From the human T2T-CHM13v2.0 reference genome, Homo sapiens, in assembly GCF_009914755.1 (NCBI RefSeq), contig NC_060934.1: 64,000 nt of DNA; one strand, given 5' to 3'. This document shows, in pieces, positions 51,975 through 64,000 of this stretch; position 1 is the first letter of the stretch; each line of letters starts with the position of its first letter. The translations under genes and the position numbers were made by a program. The notes beneath the pieces were generated by a model. It was given only the letters and a program-made list of their open reading frames with translations. It was not told the origin of the DNA and did not search any database.

Positions 51975-52200
51975 ATAGTAGCTTGTATCTATCGATTGCT
52001 TGACTATATGCCAGCTACAGTTCTAAGTGCTTTACATGCACCTCATTTAATCATTATACCAGATATATGAGGTGGGGCCCTTATCATCTCTGTTTTACAG
52101 ATAAGGACTTTGAGGCATGGAGAGACGAAGAAATTTGTTCAAGGTCACATAGCTGTGCAGTGGGAGAGTTGGGATTTGAACCTGAACAAGCTGGAAAGCT
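51975..52200 (-). mobile_element. MIR SINE
   Basis: ttctaagtgctttacatgcacctcatttaatc...ttttacagataagg...caaggtcacatagct...gggatttgaacc. Confidence 0.9.
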
Positions 52201-52419
52201 GCAAAGAAACATTCTCTGCTGAAGGAACAACAGGGTAGAGAGGTGTGAAAGGGGCTGGCTTAGTCAGGGAGGACAGAGGGCCACTGGGGATGGAGGGCAG
52301 GTGATGTGATTGTACCAGCTGGGCATATGAGAGCATTTAGAGATGTGATCATGTGAGTGGAAAGGCAGAGGAGAGCTGGGTGGTGAGGCCGGGAATCTAC
52401 CCAGAGTCTTCTTCCTGCA

Positions 52420-52695
52420 TTCTTTGCCTGGCCTTCTCCTGTTTATCCCTTAGGTCTCAGCTTAAGTGTGAGGCTTTCTCAGGAAGGCCTTCCCCCAAAC
52501 TAAGAAAGAGCACCATATTATCCTCGTGTTTTCTCCATGGTGCTTGCTTGTTCATAAGACTGACTTAATGGCTGTCTTCCCAACCAGACTGTAAACTCCT
52601 GAGAGATGGCACTGCATCTGCTTTCTTCACCATTTATTCGAATGTGTAGTGCCTGGCACATAACAGGTGCTCATTAAATATTGGTTGGCTGACTG
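52420..52695 (+). mobile_element. L2a 3' end
   Basis: taggtctcagcttaagtgt...ccagactgtaaactcctgagag...gtgcctggcacataacaggtgctcattaaatatt. Confidence 0.85.
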
Positions 52696-52823
52696 CATAG
52701 TTCCTAACCCTTATATTTACTTTCTTCGTTAATGGTACCCCTATAGTTGTTTGTTTTCATAATATCATATTCTCCACATGTTCTATGAACTACAGCCATT
52801 TTCATATAGGAGGTATTCAAATA

Positions 52824-55237
52824 CAGGCATGCCTTGTTTTATTGAGCTTTGTTTTATTGCACTTTGCAGATATAGTGCATTTCTTACAAATTGAAGGTTT
52901 GTCGCAACCCTGTATTGAGCAGGTCTGTTGGTGCCATTTTCCAAGAGCATGTGCTCGCTTCGTGGCTCTGTGTCCCATGTTAGTAACTCTTGAAATATTT
53001 CTAACTTTTTCATTATGACTATATGTATTATGCTGATCTGTGATCCATGAACTTTGATGTTCCCATTATAATTGTTTTGACCATGAACCTTACCCATATA
53101 AGACAGAGAACTGAATAAATGCTGTGTGTGCTCTGACTGCTCCACCAACCACCCATTCTCCCATCCCTGTCCCTCTCCTCAGGCCTCCTCATTCTCTGAG
53201 ACAAAACAATATAGAAATTAGGGCAATTAATGACCCTGCAATTGGCTCTAAGTGTTCAAATGCAAGAAAAAGTCACATACCTCTCACTTTAAATCAAAAA
53301 TAGAAATGATTAAGCTTGCTGAGGAAGTTGTCAAAAGCCAAGACAGTCCAACATGTCAGCCTCTCATGCCAACTGGTTAGTCAAGTTGTGAAAGCAAAGG
53401 GAGAGTTCTTGAAGGAAATTCAAAGTGCTACTCCAGTGAATACATGTATGATAAAAAGTGAAACAGCCTTATTGGTGATATGAAGAAAGTTTTTGTGGTC
53501 TAGGTAGAAGATCGAGCCAGCCACAACATTCCCTTAAGCTAGAGCCTAATCCAGAGCAAGGCCCTAAATCTCTACAGGTCCATGAATGATGAGAGAGGTA
53601 AGGAAGCTGCAAAAGAAAAGATGAGACCAGAGGTTTGTTCAGGAGGTTTAAGGAAAGAAGCCATCATCTCTGTAACATGAAAGTGCAAGGTGAAGCAGCA
53701 AGTGCTGATGTAGAAGCTGCAGCAAGTTATCCAGAAGATCTGGCTAAGATCATTGATGAAGGTAGCTACACTAAACAACATATTTTCAATGTAGTTGGAA
53801 CAGCCTTCTATTGGAAGAAGATGCCATCTAGGACTTTCATAGCAAGAGAGGAGAAGTGAATGCCTGGCTTCAAAGCATCAGAGGACAGGCTGATTCTCTT
53901 TTTAGGGGGTACTGCAGCTGGCAACTTGAAGTCAATACTCAATTTACCATTCTCAAAATCTTAGGGTCCTTAAGAACGATGCTAAATATACTCTGCATGT
54001 GTTCTATGAATGGAACAACAAAGTGTAGATTAGAGCACATCTGTTTACAACATGGTTTACTGAATATTTTAAGCCCACTGTTGAGACCTACTGCTCAGAA
54101 AAAAAGATTTCTTTAAAAATATTACTGCTTATTGACAATGCACATAATCACCCAACAGTTCCAATGGAGATGTACAAGGAGATCAATGTTGTTTTCATGC
54201 CTGCTAACACAACAATTCTGCAGCCCATAAATCAAAGAGTAATTTCAACTTTCAACTTTCAAGTCTTATTACTCAAGAAATATATTTTGTAAGGCTCTAG
54301 TTGCCATAGATAGTGATTTCTCTGATGGATCTGTCAAAGTAAATTGAAAACCTTCTGGAAAGGATTCACCATTATAGATGCCATGAAGAACATTTGTGAT
54401 TCATGAGAGGAATCATAAAATACCAACATTAGCAGGAACTGGGAAGAAGTGGATTTTAAACCTCATGGGTGACTTTGAGGGCTTCAAGACTTCAGTGGAG
54501 GAGGTAATTGCAGATGTGGCAGAAATAGCAAGAAAACTAGAATTGGAAGTGGAGCCTGAAGCTGGGACTGAATTGCTGCAATCTTGTGATAAAACTTGAA
54601 TGGAAGAGAAGTTGCTTCTTCTAAATCAGTAAAGAAAGTAGTTTCTTGAGATGGAATCTACTCCTGGTGAAGATGCTGTGAACATTGTTGAAATGACAAC
54701 AAAGGATTTAGAACAAACTTAGTTGAAAAAGCAGAAGCAGGGTTTGGGAGGATTGCCTCCAATTCTGAAGGAGGTTCTACTGTGGGTGAAATACTATCAA
54801 ACGGCATCACACACTACAGAGAACTCTTTCGTGAAAGGAAGTTGATATGGCAATCTTCACTGTTGTCTTTTTGTTAGAAATTGCCACAGCCACCCCAGCC
54901 TTCAGCAGCCAACATCCTGATCAGTCAGCAGCCATCAACACTGAGGCAAGACCCTCCACCAGCAAAAAGATTATGACTTGCTGAAGGCTCAGATGATTGT
55001 TAGCATTTTTAGCAATAAAGTATTTTAAATCAGGGTATATACATTTTTTAGACATACTGTTATTGCACACTTAATAGACTACAGTATAATAACTTTTTAT
55101 GTTTTTTACAGTAACATAACTTTTATATGTATGGGGAAACAAAAAAAAAACCCAATTTGGATTGTTTGCTTTATCATGATATTTGCTTTACTGTGGTGGT
55201 TTGGAACGAAACCTGGAATGGCTCCAAGGTATGCCTG
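52824..55237 (+). mobile_element. Full-length Tigger1 (TcMar/pogo) DNA transposon
   Basis: 2414 bp; TIRs caggcatgccttg.../...caaggtatgcctg; TA duplication at 52822-52823 and 55238-55239; internal transposase homology. Confidence 0.97.
53240..54610 (+). pseudogene. Inactivated Tigger1 transposase ORF (TIGD1-like DDD transposase)
   Basis: Fragments [49 protein letters not shown] and DFEGFKTSVEEVIADVAEIARKLELEVEPE lie in different frames. Catalytic motifs: FNVDET reads FNVVGT, LIDNA is retained, QPMDQ reads QPINQ. Confidence 0.92.
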
Positions 55238-56245
55238 TAATAGAAAATCTTTGAGCTAAAGAAGTATTTTTCTCTTCAGAAGCTCAGCCTTAACCCTACA
55301 TGTTTATAATAGGAAATCACTTCTTATTCTTAGATTTCCTTCCAACGGCACATCGGATCCTAACTCATTACAAGGCACAGTAAAAATAATTGCTGAGCAG
55401 TAGGCTCTGCATAACTGTTGAAGCAAAGGGTTTGAGGGTTATTTGTGGATTCTGTTTCATCTTTAGGTGGATTCTTGAGAGGTGGCCAGTAGGTTCTTCG
55501 AGGCTGACCTGATTATTCTCTAGGTTGCCCTTTCTTAGGCCCTTAGTAGGGCCTGCTATTGAATCTACATGCATGTGAGTCGTAAGGGGATCCCTGAAAT
55601 ACTTGTCCCACAATTGTTGGGGGAGCCAGCCTTTGCCCTCCCTATCATCGGATGTGAGTTATCTCCTTTGGCTGGAATTCTGCATATTTCCAAGGCACCT
55701 GGTGCTCAGGTTCTGTGTGGGGAGCATGTGTGTGCAGACCTGTGTCCTCTTGCTCTGAACTGAGTATGCAACTCACACCAATAGCTGGGGGCAGGGGCTT
55801 TGCTGGGGCCCTTTCTGAAATGAGTCCATTCATTATCTGCACATAGACAGGCATCTCTCCCAAGACGAGAGGTTTTCCAGTCTATCATTTTCATCAGAAA
55901 TGACCAGGGCATTGCTGCTGGGAGGGAAGGCGCCTGCACTGGTCCTTTCCAGGCTGCAGCCCGTCAGTTCTCCCAGCCTTTGCAGGCAGTTCCCCACATG
56001 CATGTGTGATGGTAGAGCCACAGAATCTTCACATTGGACTAGATTGGTGGCTTTGGTTGTAAATTTTTTTTTTTGACTGTGAATAACATTAAGGAATGTA
56101 TTTTCCTCTACAACCTGCATGCCCATGGATATTTACATAACTGGATCAGTGGTGTCCTGTCACAAAACAATACTTAATATTTGTAGCTACTGATATGTTC
56201 TATTCTGTATTCTATTAAAAAGTTGAGAGAAACCCTAGAGATTGA

Positions 56246-56722
<477 letters not shown>

Positions 56723-56784
56723 ACAGGTCTCCTAACTTTCAGTGTTTATACATAAATATGTTTCACTCAGAAATATATCTTTTT

Positions 56785-57087
56785 GGCTGAACATGGTGGC
56801 TCATGCCTGTGGTCCCAGCACTTTGGGAAACTGAGGAGGGAGGATCGCTTAGGGTCAAGAGCTCAAGACCAGCCTGGTCTTGCATTATAGCAAAAACCTG
56901 TCTCTCTCTCTAAAAAATAAAAAAATAAAAAAATAGCTGAGCATGGCGGTGTGCACCTACAGTCCTAGCTACTTGGGAGGCTAAGGTGGGAGGATCCCTT
57001 GAGCCCAGGAGTTTGAGGCTGCAGTGAGCTGTGACCTATGATTGAGCCATTGTGCAACAGAGCAAGACCCTGTCTCTTAAAAAAAAA

Positions 57088-57088
<1 letters not shown>
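56785..57088 (+). mobile_element. AluJ with microsatellite-expanded tail
   Basis: ggctgaacatggtggctcatgcctgt...gagcccaggagtttgaggctgcagtgagct; TSD atatatcttttt at 56773-56784 and 57385-57396. Confidence 0.94.
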
Positions 57089-57149
<61 letters not shown>

Positions 57150-57390
57150 TGCAGATGTGGCAGATATATATCTGCCATAGATATATAGATCTATATATCT
57201 ATGTACATAGATATATAGATCTATATATCTATATACATAGATATATAGATCTATATATCTATATACATAGATATATAGATCTATATATCTATGTACATAG
57301 ATATATATACACACACACACATATATATATACACATATATGTGTGTGTGTGTGTATGTATGTATGTATATGTGTATATATATATATATAT
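57089..57390. repeat. TA/CA/TG compound microsatellite containing a 30-bp palindromic VNTR (about 4.4 copies, 57176-57307)
   Basis: Unit catagatatatagatctatatatctat[g/a]ta starts at 57176, 57206, 57236, 57266 and (partial) 57296. Confidence 0.97.
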
Positions 57391-58032
57391 CTTTTTCTGG
57401 TCTTGTGCTGTTTTTTGTGTGTGCATGCCACTTTTCTTTCCAGTTAGGCACTGAGTGGCTAACTAATATAGCATAGGTATCAGCAGCTTACACTTTCTTG
57501 CTTAGACTCAACCCATTCCCTCTTTCCCTTTGCAGAATCCTATTACTTCTTGGCCAGATAACTCAGTTGGTTTTAAAGTTGTGTTTATTGTACACATAGA
57601 GGCAGCCTACCTTGTTCCCACTGCTCTGTGCCCACAGCACAAAAGGCATGTGGTTCTCATTCTCACATAGTTTACTGTCTAATTGGGGTGATGTGGCCAA
57701 TTTCATTCTATCAACATAAGCTCATATGGATAAACAGAGTTATTAGGAATGTGCTTTGGGAAAGAGGGTCTGCTCTGAGTTTTTTCTCTGATTAAAAGGA
57801 GTCAGCTTCCTCATCAAGAAAGCTTTCAGCTGTAATGACAAGAGGAAGGAGAGGTGTTGGAGAGGCCCACCACTAATTTGAGCTAAGGAAGTTTTTTAAC
57901 CCGGTGTTGTAGACTGCTCATCCTCCCTCCATTGCTCCTTCTGGAACAACAGTCTATCCCCTTTCAGCCAGAGGTGGTACCTGCCAAGTATGGCCACAGC
58001 AATTGTATTTTGCAGACTCACATTCGAAATAT

Positions 58033-58322
58033 GGCCAGGCACTGTGGCTCATGCCTGTAATCTCAGTGCTTTGCTCCCAAAGGCAGGAAGACCATTTGAG
58101 GCCAGGAGTTCAAGACAGGCTTAGGGAACAAAGTGAGACCTCATCTCTACAAAAGTAAAAAAAGTATCCATTTGTGGTGGAATGTGTCTGTAGCTCCAGC
58201 TACTTGGGAGGCTGAAGTGGGAGGGTTGCTTGAGCCCTGGAGTTCAAGGCTAAAGTGAGATATGATTGTGCCACTGTACTCCAGCCTGGGCAACAAAGCA
58301 AGACCTTGTCTCTGGGGGGAAA

Positions 58323-58331
<9 letters not shown>
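58033..58331 (+). mobile_element. AluJ
   Basis: ggccaggcactgtggctcatgcctgtaatc...gccactgtactccagcctgggcaac; A tail. Confidence 0.94.
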
Positions 58332-58361
<30 letters not shown>

Positions 58362-58669
58362 TATATTTTATATAAATATATACACAAGTATATACATATA
58401 TACACACATATATACATACATATATACATATGTATATATATGTATATGTATTGATGGAATAGGCCAGGTTCTATCTCTTATCCCATTGTGCCTACATATA
58501 TATACACACACATATACACATATATGCATATATATATACACACATACATATATGTATATACAAGTGTATACACACATACACATACACACGTATACATATA
58601 TGTATATATGTATACATGTGTGTATACACATATGCGTATGTATACATATATACACATATACATATGTAT

Positions 58670-58719
<50 letters not shown>

Positions 58720-58761
58720 AGGCACAATGGGATGAGAGATAGAATCTTGCCTATTCCACCA
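58332..58761. repeat. TA/CA/TG microsatellite with a 47-bp inverted repeat of unique sequence
   Basis: Arms 58452-58498 and 58715-58761 are reverse complements at 43 of 47 positions. Confidence 0.95.
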
Positions 58762-59229
58762 AATCCAGAAAATAGGTTTCTAGTATGAATAGTGTTCCTC
58801 CCTTTTGCTCACCTATGAGTCGCCTTTGTTTCACTGTCTGAGGTTGCTGTGTTTCCGGCATCCCTAGCTGTAGTAGAGAGGCCTGGTGGAGAGGGGAGAA
58901 TGGCAGAGGAGTACCACCAGAATGCCACGTGTGTGTGCAGTCAGCACAACCTTGCCTCTATAATGCTGAGCATCACAGTTGAGGAATTCTCAAGTGATGC
59001 ATGATTTTATGGCTTGGGATCATCTGCTTTGATTCTAGCATCTGGGCTATGGTTAGCTGTGTCTTTGAATGTGTGAGAGTGGGTGCCTGTGTTGTATTCA
59101 TCCTGCCCTGTTCAGGAGCATAGAGCTACATCCTCCTCTGAAATGCCGCGAACAGCCATTCTAGTCTTTGCCCATCAGTCCTGTTGGCTGAGTGGTGTGG
59201 AGGGACCCCTTTCTGTAATATAGTGCTTG

Positions 59230-59930
59230 GCTGGTGTAATTTTGATTTAGAAAAACAGCTTCGCTTGGAGAGAAACATTAATTAGATGCAAAGAGGGAGT
59301 TATTTCATCCTTTGAGTGGGGGGAATCGGGAGTGAGGGAGAGAAAAAAGTACCACAAATAAATTATCTCCTATTTGTGCAATGTTTTATGCTTGTCAGCT
59401 GTCTGTTGCCAGAGAACCACAATGTAGCTAAATACTTGTGACACCTTGCCCAATCAAGGTATAGCAAAAGGATGTTATGGGAGCCTCTTTGTGACAACCT
59501 GTGCTAGTTTACATTAGCTTAACCAATCGCTTTCTCCTCTGTGCTTGGAGAAATTTGTTAAATTAATTCAGTTGCAATTAGCAGATTTATGGGAAAGTAC
59601 CCTGTTATCCTTTAATTGGAGAGCATAAAACTACAAACTGAATCCGCAAGTTCTATTTGTGTAATAGGCAATCTATCTACGACAAGATTTGATCGATGGA
59701 GTCGTATGATGCCCTTGCCTTGTTTTATATTGGCTGTCAGCGCTTAACTGGGACTGAAGTATCTGGGTAACAAAAATTGATATAATGACTTAATGCGCCT
59801 TATTCTCTTTGAGCTACATCAGTTTAGAGCACTTCTGAGAGAAAAATGTCTGGAAAATATCAGGGAGTCATTTATCAACCTGTTTTCATTAGCATACTGC
59901 CTAGCTCTGGCAAGGATTTGAATAAAAAAA
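59230..59930. promoter_or_regulatory. Candidate highly conserved enhancer
   Basis: Repeat-free, AT-rich yet CpG-retaining (6 CpGs in 59640-59800); TGATCGAT 59690, CTGTCA 59734, ATTTATCA 59870, multiple TAAT cores. Confidence 0.55.
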
Positions 59931-60399
59931 AGCAGGATGGTACAATTTATTTCAGGCCCCATATTTCTTGGATGAAAGGAGACCTCTAATAAAAGGAAAA
60001 TACAGAAAGATGCTTTTTCTAGCTGGTTTTTCCTTAACTAAAAACCCTACCCCAAAAGCTTTTTTGTTTGTTTGAATTTTTGCTGTTAATAATGTTCTGG
60101 GGAACATATTCCTGGGAAGGTAATTAGAAAAGTAATGCAAAATGCATTGTGATTATGATATGTAGAGGAAAAAAATGTTTGACAACAAAAAATTAACCAG
60201 AAATAGGCAGGCATGCCATGGGTATGCATATATCTGTCTCTGTTTGCTTGGCTCAGTGTGCATGTTTGTGTGTTTATAATACACAGTTAAACAGTGAACA
60301 TGGAGAGAAGTTCTTTGCATAAGTGGGTGTTTTGTAGCATTAAAGGATTTCAGAAAGTTGAGATGCAGCATTTTTAGCTCTCTAGAGTTGGAGCCGAGG

Positions 60400-61110
60400 G
60401 GAAATAGAAACAGATCAAAATGTTTGTATAGTGGGCAAAATGCATTTGGTATATGGAGTCATTTGTCCTACCCACCGTAGGATGCAAACCACAAGAGGTA
60501 ATAATAACTGAAAGGCAGTTGTATGGGAGTGAGTCCTTTTTTGCATGAAATTTTTATGCATCAGTCAGCCTGCATACAGTGTGCCTAATGTATAAAATAA
60601 ATTGGTGCATAAATCAGATTAAGAGCAGCATGTTGCCAACTTTCACATTTGCACACAGGAATTCAATATGTATATGGAGGAATTCCCACTTTTTAATCTC
60701 TAATAGAGTACGGGGAATCTCTCAGGTAGATTTTGCACACAGGGACATTTTATTCACTTATCTCCCCCCATCTGCCACCTCAAATAACAATAGAAGCAGC
60801 GTCATGTGTAGTAAGAGGAGCAGTGTGGCGTTTTCTGAAATATCGGCTGTATATGGAGGGTAGTGACACAGTATTTAAGATAATATTGCAACCCTGTCTA
60901 TAGCTCCTAATTATGTCGAGGAATTGGTGTGCCAATCGATAGTGATTTATGGTGGGGATGAGCAAGTGCACATTGCTCACATTGATCTGCATGTAAATTC
61001 CTTGACATAATAAGAAGTTATTACCAATGACAGTCACTGTCTGACTGCTAATTCATCAGCACATTCTTCCATCAGTGGGAGCCACAGTGTCTGCATCCTG
61101 GGTGTGAGTT
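60400..61110. promoter_or_regulatory. Candidate conserved enhancer with posterior HOX-PBX sites
   Basis: ATAAATCA 60609-60616, TGATTTATGG 60943-60952, ATCGAT 60935, TGACAG 61028; repeat-free. Confidence 0.5.
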
Positions 61111-62256
61111 TGCCACACCACTTGCCTGTTGTGAGTCAGGCTTGTACATCTGGGACATGAGGAGTGGCTATTGAGTAGGTGAGAGTCGAGGTCTCACTGA
61201 CCATTTTTCTGTCAAACAGCAGTTCTGTGATTAACCAGTAAGACAGGGGTGGGTGGTGTGTCTTGCTTTTTTTAAATTTTTCCTTAAAGCAAGAAATACC
61301 CTACAGGAGTTTGATTCTGGTTTTTTAAAAAAAATAACATTTTTTAAAGGATAACATCTATTAAAGTTCATTTCTTAACACCATTTCCCCAAAAGCCTCA
61401 GACAGCAAATTATCTATCAGTTCATTAAAATACAATTGCTTTAATTTTACCCTTTTCTTTCTCTTATGTCTTAAAAATTGTAGATTAAAAAAAACTAGTT
61501 TTTTTTTTGCTTCTTAAATCTCATATGCATTTGTTTGCTTCTGCATTTCTGTTGCCCCAGAGCTTTTTGAAAAATTGTATCTTTAAGCTTGTATCCCTTT
61601 GTTCTTCCTTTTCCTCTTTCCTTTCTGACAAGGCCTCATAAACTCATCCCTTATAGCTGTATCTCCCTCCCCCTCCCTTTAATAATCCCTGCTAACTGAC
61701 CTGAAAAGTCTTTAGCTATTCCCATTCAGAGTCCAGGCAGGAGGTGGTGTGTCTCTTCTTCACTTGGTTTTGTGGGCAAAGTCTCTGTGTCTTAGCCTGT
61801 AATATTACATTACCCATAACTAGCAGTTTCTTGTTTAAAACATTCTGTCATATTCTTCTGTGGCCTGATTTTTTTTCCTCTTAAGAGTCTGCTGCATCAG
61901 GAGGTTATTCTTTATAAACTGAAAGCAGCTGAAGTATGCTTGCTGTGTTCTCATCCACCCACTATACCTCTTCTCTACTCTTACTGGAAAGGGCCATTAC
62001 TTTTTGCAGGAGAACCCTTGAGAAGTTGGTGGAATAATGGACATATACGTTGAAAAGTGAGTCATTGGCTCCAGGTATATTCCGGGTATATGGTACCTGC
62101 TGTACCTTAAGAAGTGAAAACAGTTACAAAAAGATAAGATTAAAAAAATTAAAAAAACCCAAAAAGATAAGAGTGTTTAGTACAGGTAGTATAATAGTAG
62201 GGTAAATAATAACAATAACAATGATAATTTTAATTTCAGACTGCCCATTATTGGTT

Positions 62257-62598
62257 TATCAGTTAGGTTCAGCTAAGTTATGCTGCAGTAACAACCCCCA
62301 AATCTCAAAGGAATAAAATAGCACAGATGTATTTCTTGCTTATGCTTTGTGTACATTGTGGATTGGCAGAGGGACTCTGATTGTTTTCGTCACATAGGGG
62401 CTAAAGATGGCGGAGCAGTCAACATCTTGGGCATTGCTGGACACTGAGCCAAAGGGAAAGAAAGCTCTGAAGGGTCTTGCATTGGCAATTAAATGTGCCA
62501 CAGCTCGTGGGCAGAACTAGTCACAAGACCCCATTCTACATTGTCATTCAAAAAGGGGAGAACTGGAAAGATTTGGTAAGCAGCTTTAATAACTATTG
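62257..62598 (-). mobile_element. MLT1K-like solo LTR
   Basis: gctaagttatgctgcagtaacaaccccaaatctca...ggcagaactagtcacaagacccc...ggagaactggaaagatttggtaagcagc. Confidence 0.8.
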
Positions 62599-62744
62599 AT
62601 TGGTTATTCACAAAAGATACTTATTAAAAACCTTCTCTGAACATAAAAATAGTGTTATTAGCTTTAGCGGTACATGATTGGTGATGACTGAAGAGTATAA
62701 TAATTGAGTATAATAATTGAGCAGAAAAGCTGTAAGACGATGAG

Positions 62745-62895
62745 TCAGTTCAACCCTCTCACTTTTACAGATGAGGAAATAAAGATCCAGAAAGGGGAAA
62801 TAACTTCTCAAGTTCATAGCATTGGAGAGGAGCATGATGGAGATGCAATCTGGTTTCCTTGACTTGAATTCAATGTGATTTCCTCCTTCTGCCTC
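62745..62895 (-). mobile_element. MIR SINE
   Basis: cttttacagatgaggaaataaagatccagaaaggggaaataacttctcaagttcatagc. Confidence 0.8.
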
Positions 62896-63936
62896 TCCTG
62901 TGTAATCTTGGAAGCCCCAACTTCCTTGTGTGTATTGCTATGAAACCTGTGAGTGCTGGCGATGCAAGGCCTAACTGCCCCTCCACTGACTTCAGTCCTT
63001 CGTTGGCAGATCTCAGTTTGTCCAGGTACTCTATGTCCATTTTTAGTTCCTTATGTTCTCTTTTCTAGACTCCTCTCCTTGGCCATCATAATATCATTTT
63101 CCTGCAGATTCACTTGATTCTTATTTCCAGTACTAGAATCTGAATGTTTGCATTGAATTGTACAAGTATGACACAGGGTACATGTGGTGGCCATGAGGCA
63201 GTGAGGAGATGTTCAGCAGAGTCACCTCAAGGAGGTGAGATCAGTAGGAACTCCACCAAATAAAATGTTTATTGATTTTTTTGCCCATAATATATACCTG
63301 GCCCCCTTTAAGAGTGTGAGGGATATAGTGATTTGGTCTAGAGAATGATTTGACTTTCTAATTTGTCTGTTTCAGTAGAGTTAGAAGACACTGTTGGTTG
63401 ACATTTCTACTGGTTTATTTTACCTTTTTTTTTTTTTAAAGTAGTTCAAGTTTCTCCTTCAGACATTAGGGGAGAGTGAATAGGCTCCAGGTTTTTAGAC
63501 AGAGACAGAAAACCTTATAATACTTGTTGTTAGCAGCTAAGGGGTTGTACTTTCCAAATGATGTTCACTTTAGACCAGGGTAGACCTTCCTGTTAGAGGA
63601 GCATTCTTTTTTTTTTTTTTCTTGAGGTCAGAATTACGGACATAAGTATTTTTCAGCAGGGCATGTGTTATAACCCAGGATTTTGGCATTTGATTCTTAA
63701 GTCACTAATGTCTATGGGAGACCAGGTGGAGGGCAGTATGCCTTTGTGGCATCAGAAAGAGATTTTATTACCCATTTTAAGGACCTTATCAGCTCTATGA
63801 CTTATCAGCTCTAATGGATACTCATGATCCATTAGAAATTAAAAAACAAAAGCTTAAGAAAAGCTAACTTCATTAAATTATATGCTAGAAACACGTGGGC
63901 AACTCGTTCTCTCTCTCTGTATTATGTGCATGTAAG

Positions 63937-63969
63937 AGTGTGTGTGTGTGTGTGCGTGTGTGTGTGTGT
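63937..63969. repeat. (TG)n microsatellite
   Basis: Seen directly. Confidence 0.9.
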
Positions 63970-64000
63970 CTCATTCGCGCTCTAGAACTGGCTTTTGAAG

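Noticed and set aside
57176-57307. CRISPR-like array (30-bp palindromic repeats)
   Set aside because: Repeats are contiguous with no unique spacers, there are no cas genes, and the context is a primate Alu tail.
57036-58788. Y/I/H/T/C/V-rich ORFs of up to 177 aa
   Set aside because: Translations of TA/CA/TG microsatellites and Alu sequence.

Overview
Primate (human-like) non-coding nuclear DNA. I found no credible protein-coding exon, RNA gene or prokaryotic-type system. The supplied ORFs are chance ORFs, microsatellite read-throughs or decayed transposon ORFs. The window reads as part of a very large intron of a gene transcribed on the + strand: the MaLR LTRs and the longest L1 are on the - strand, and long T runs are frequent on +. 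It carries the usual mammalian and primate repeats: about 8 Alu/FLAM copies, many MIR and L2 remnants, L1 pieces, MLT1 LTRs, MER5/MER94/MER53-type DNA transposons, and one full-length but dead Tigger1 (52824-55237). Between the repeats are several repeat-free, CpG-retaining blocks dense in PBX-HOX (TGATNNAT) and MEIS (TGACAG) motifs, which look like conserved developmental enhancers (about 12.3-13.1, 26.3-27.4, 49.0-49.7 and 59.2-61.1 kb). A developmental transcription-factor host such as PBX1 is an unverified guess. The most unusual directly visible structures are: (1) a 47-bp inverted duplication of unique sequence closing a 310-bp microsatellite fold-back; (2) a 30-bp VNTR built of perfect palindromes inside an Alu tail; (3) a 230-bp tandem duplication starting in a palindrome; (4) a ~183-bp dispersed duplication, one copy of which is framed by consensus splice sites; (5) an RFC1-like pentanucleotide expansion in an Alu tail; (6) a twin-primed inverted L1; (7) a MIR3-containing insert splitting an MLT1 LTR. 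I do not see evidence for a new biological system. Repeat family names come from recognition by eye, and the boundaries of old elements are approximate.
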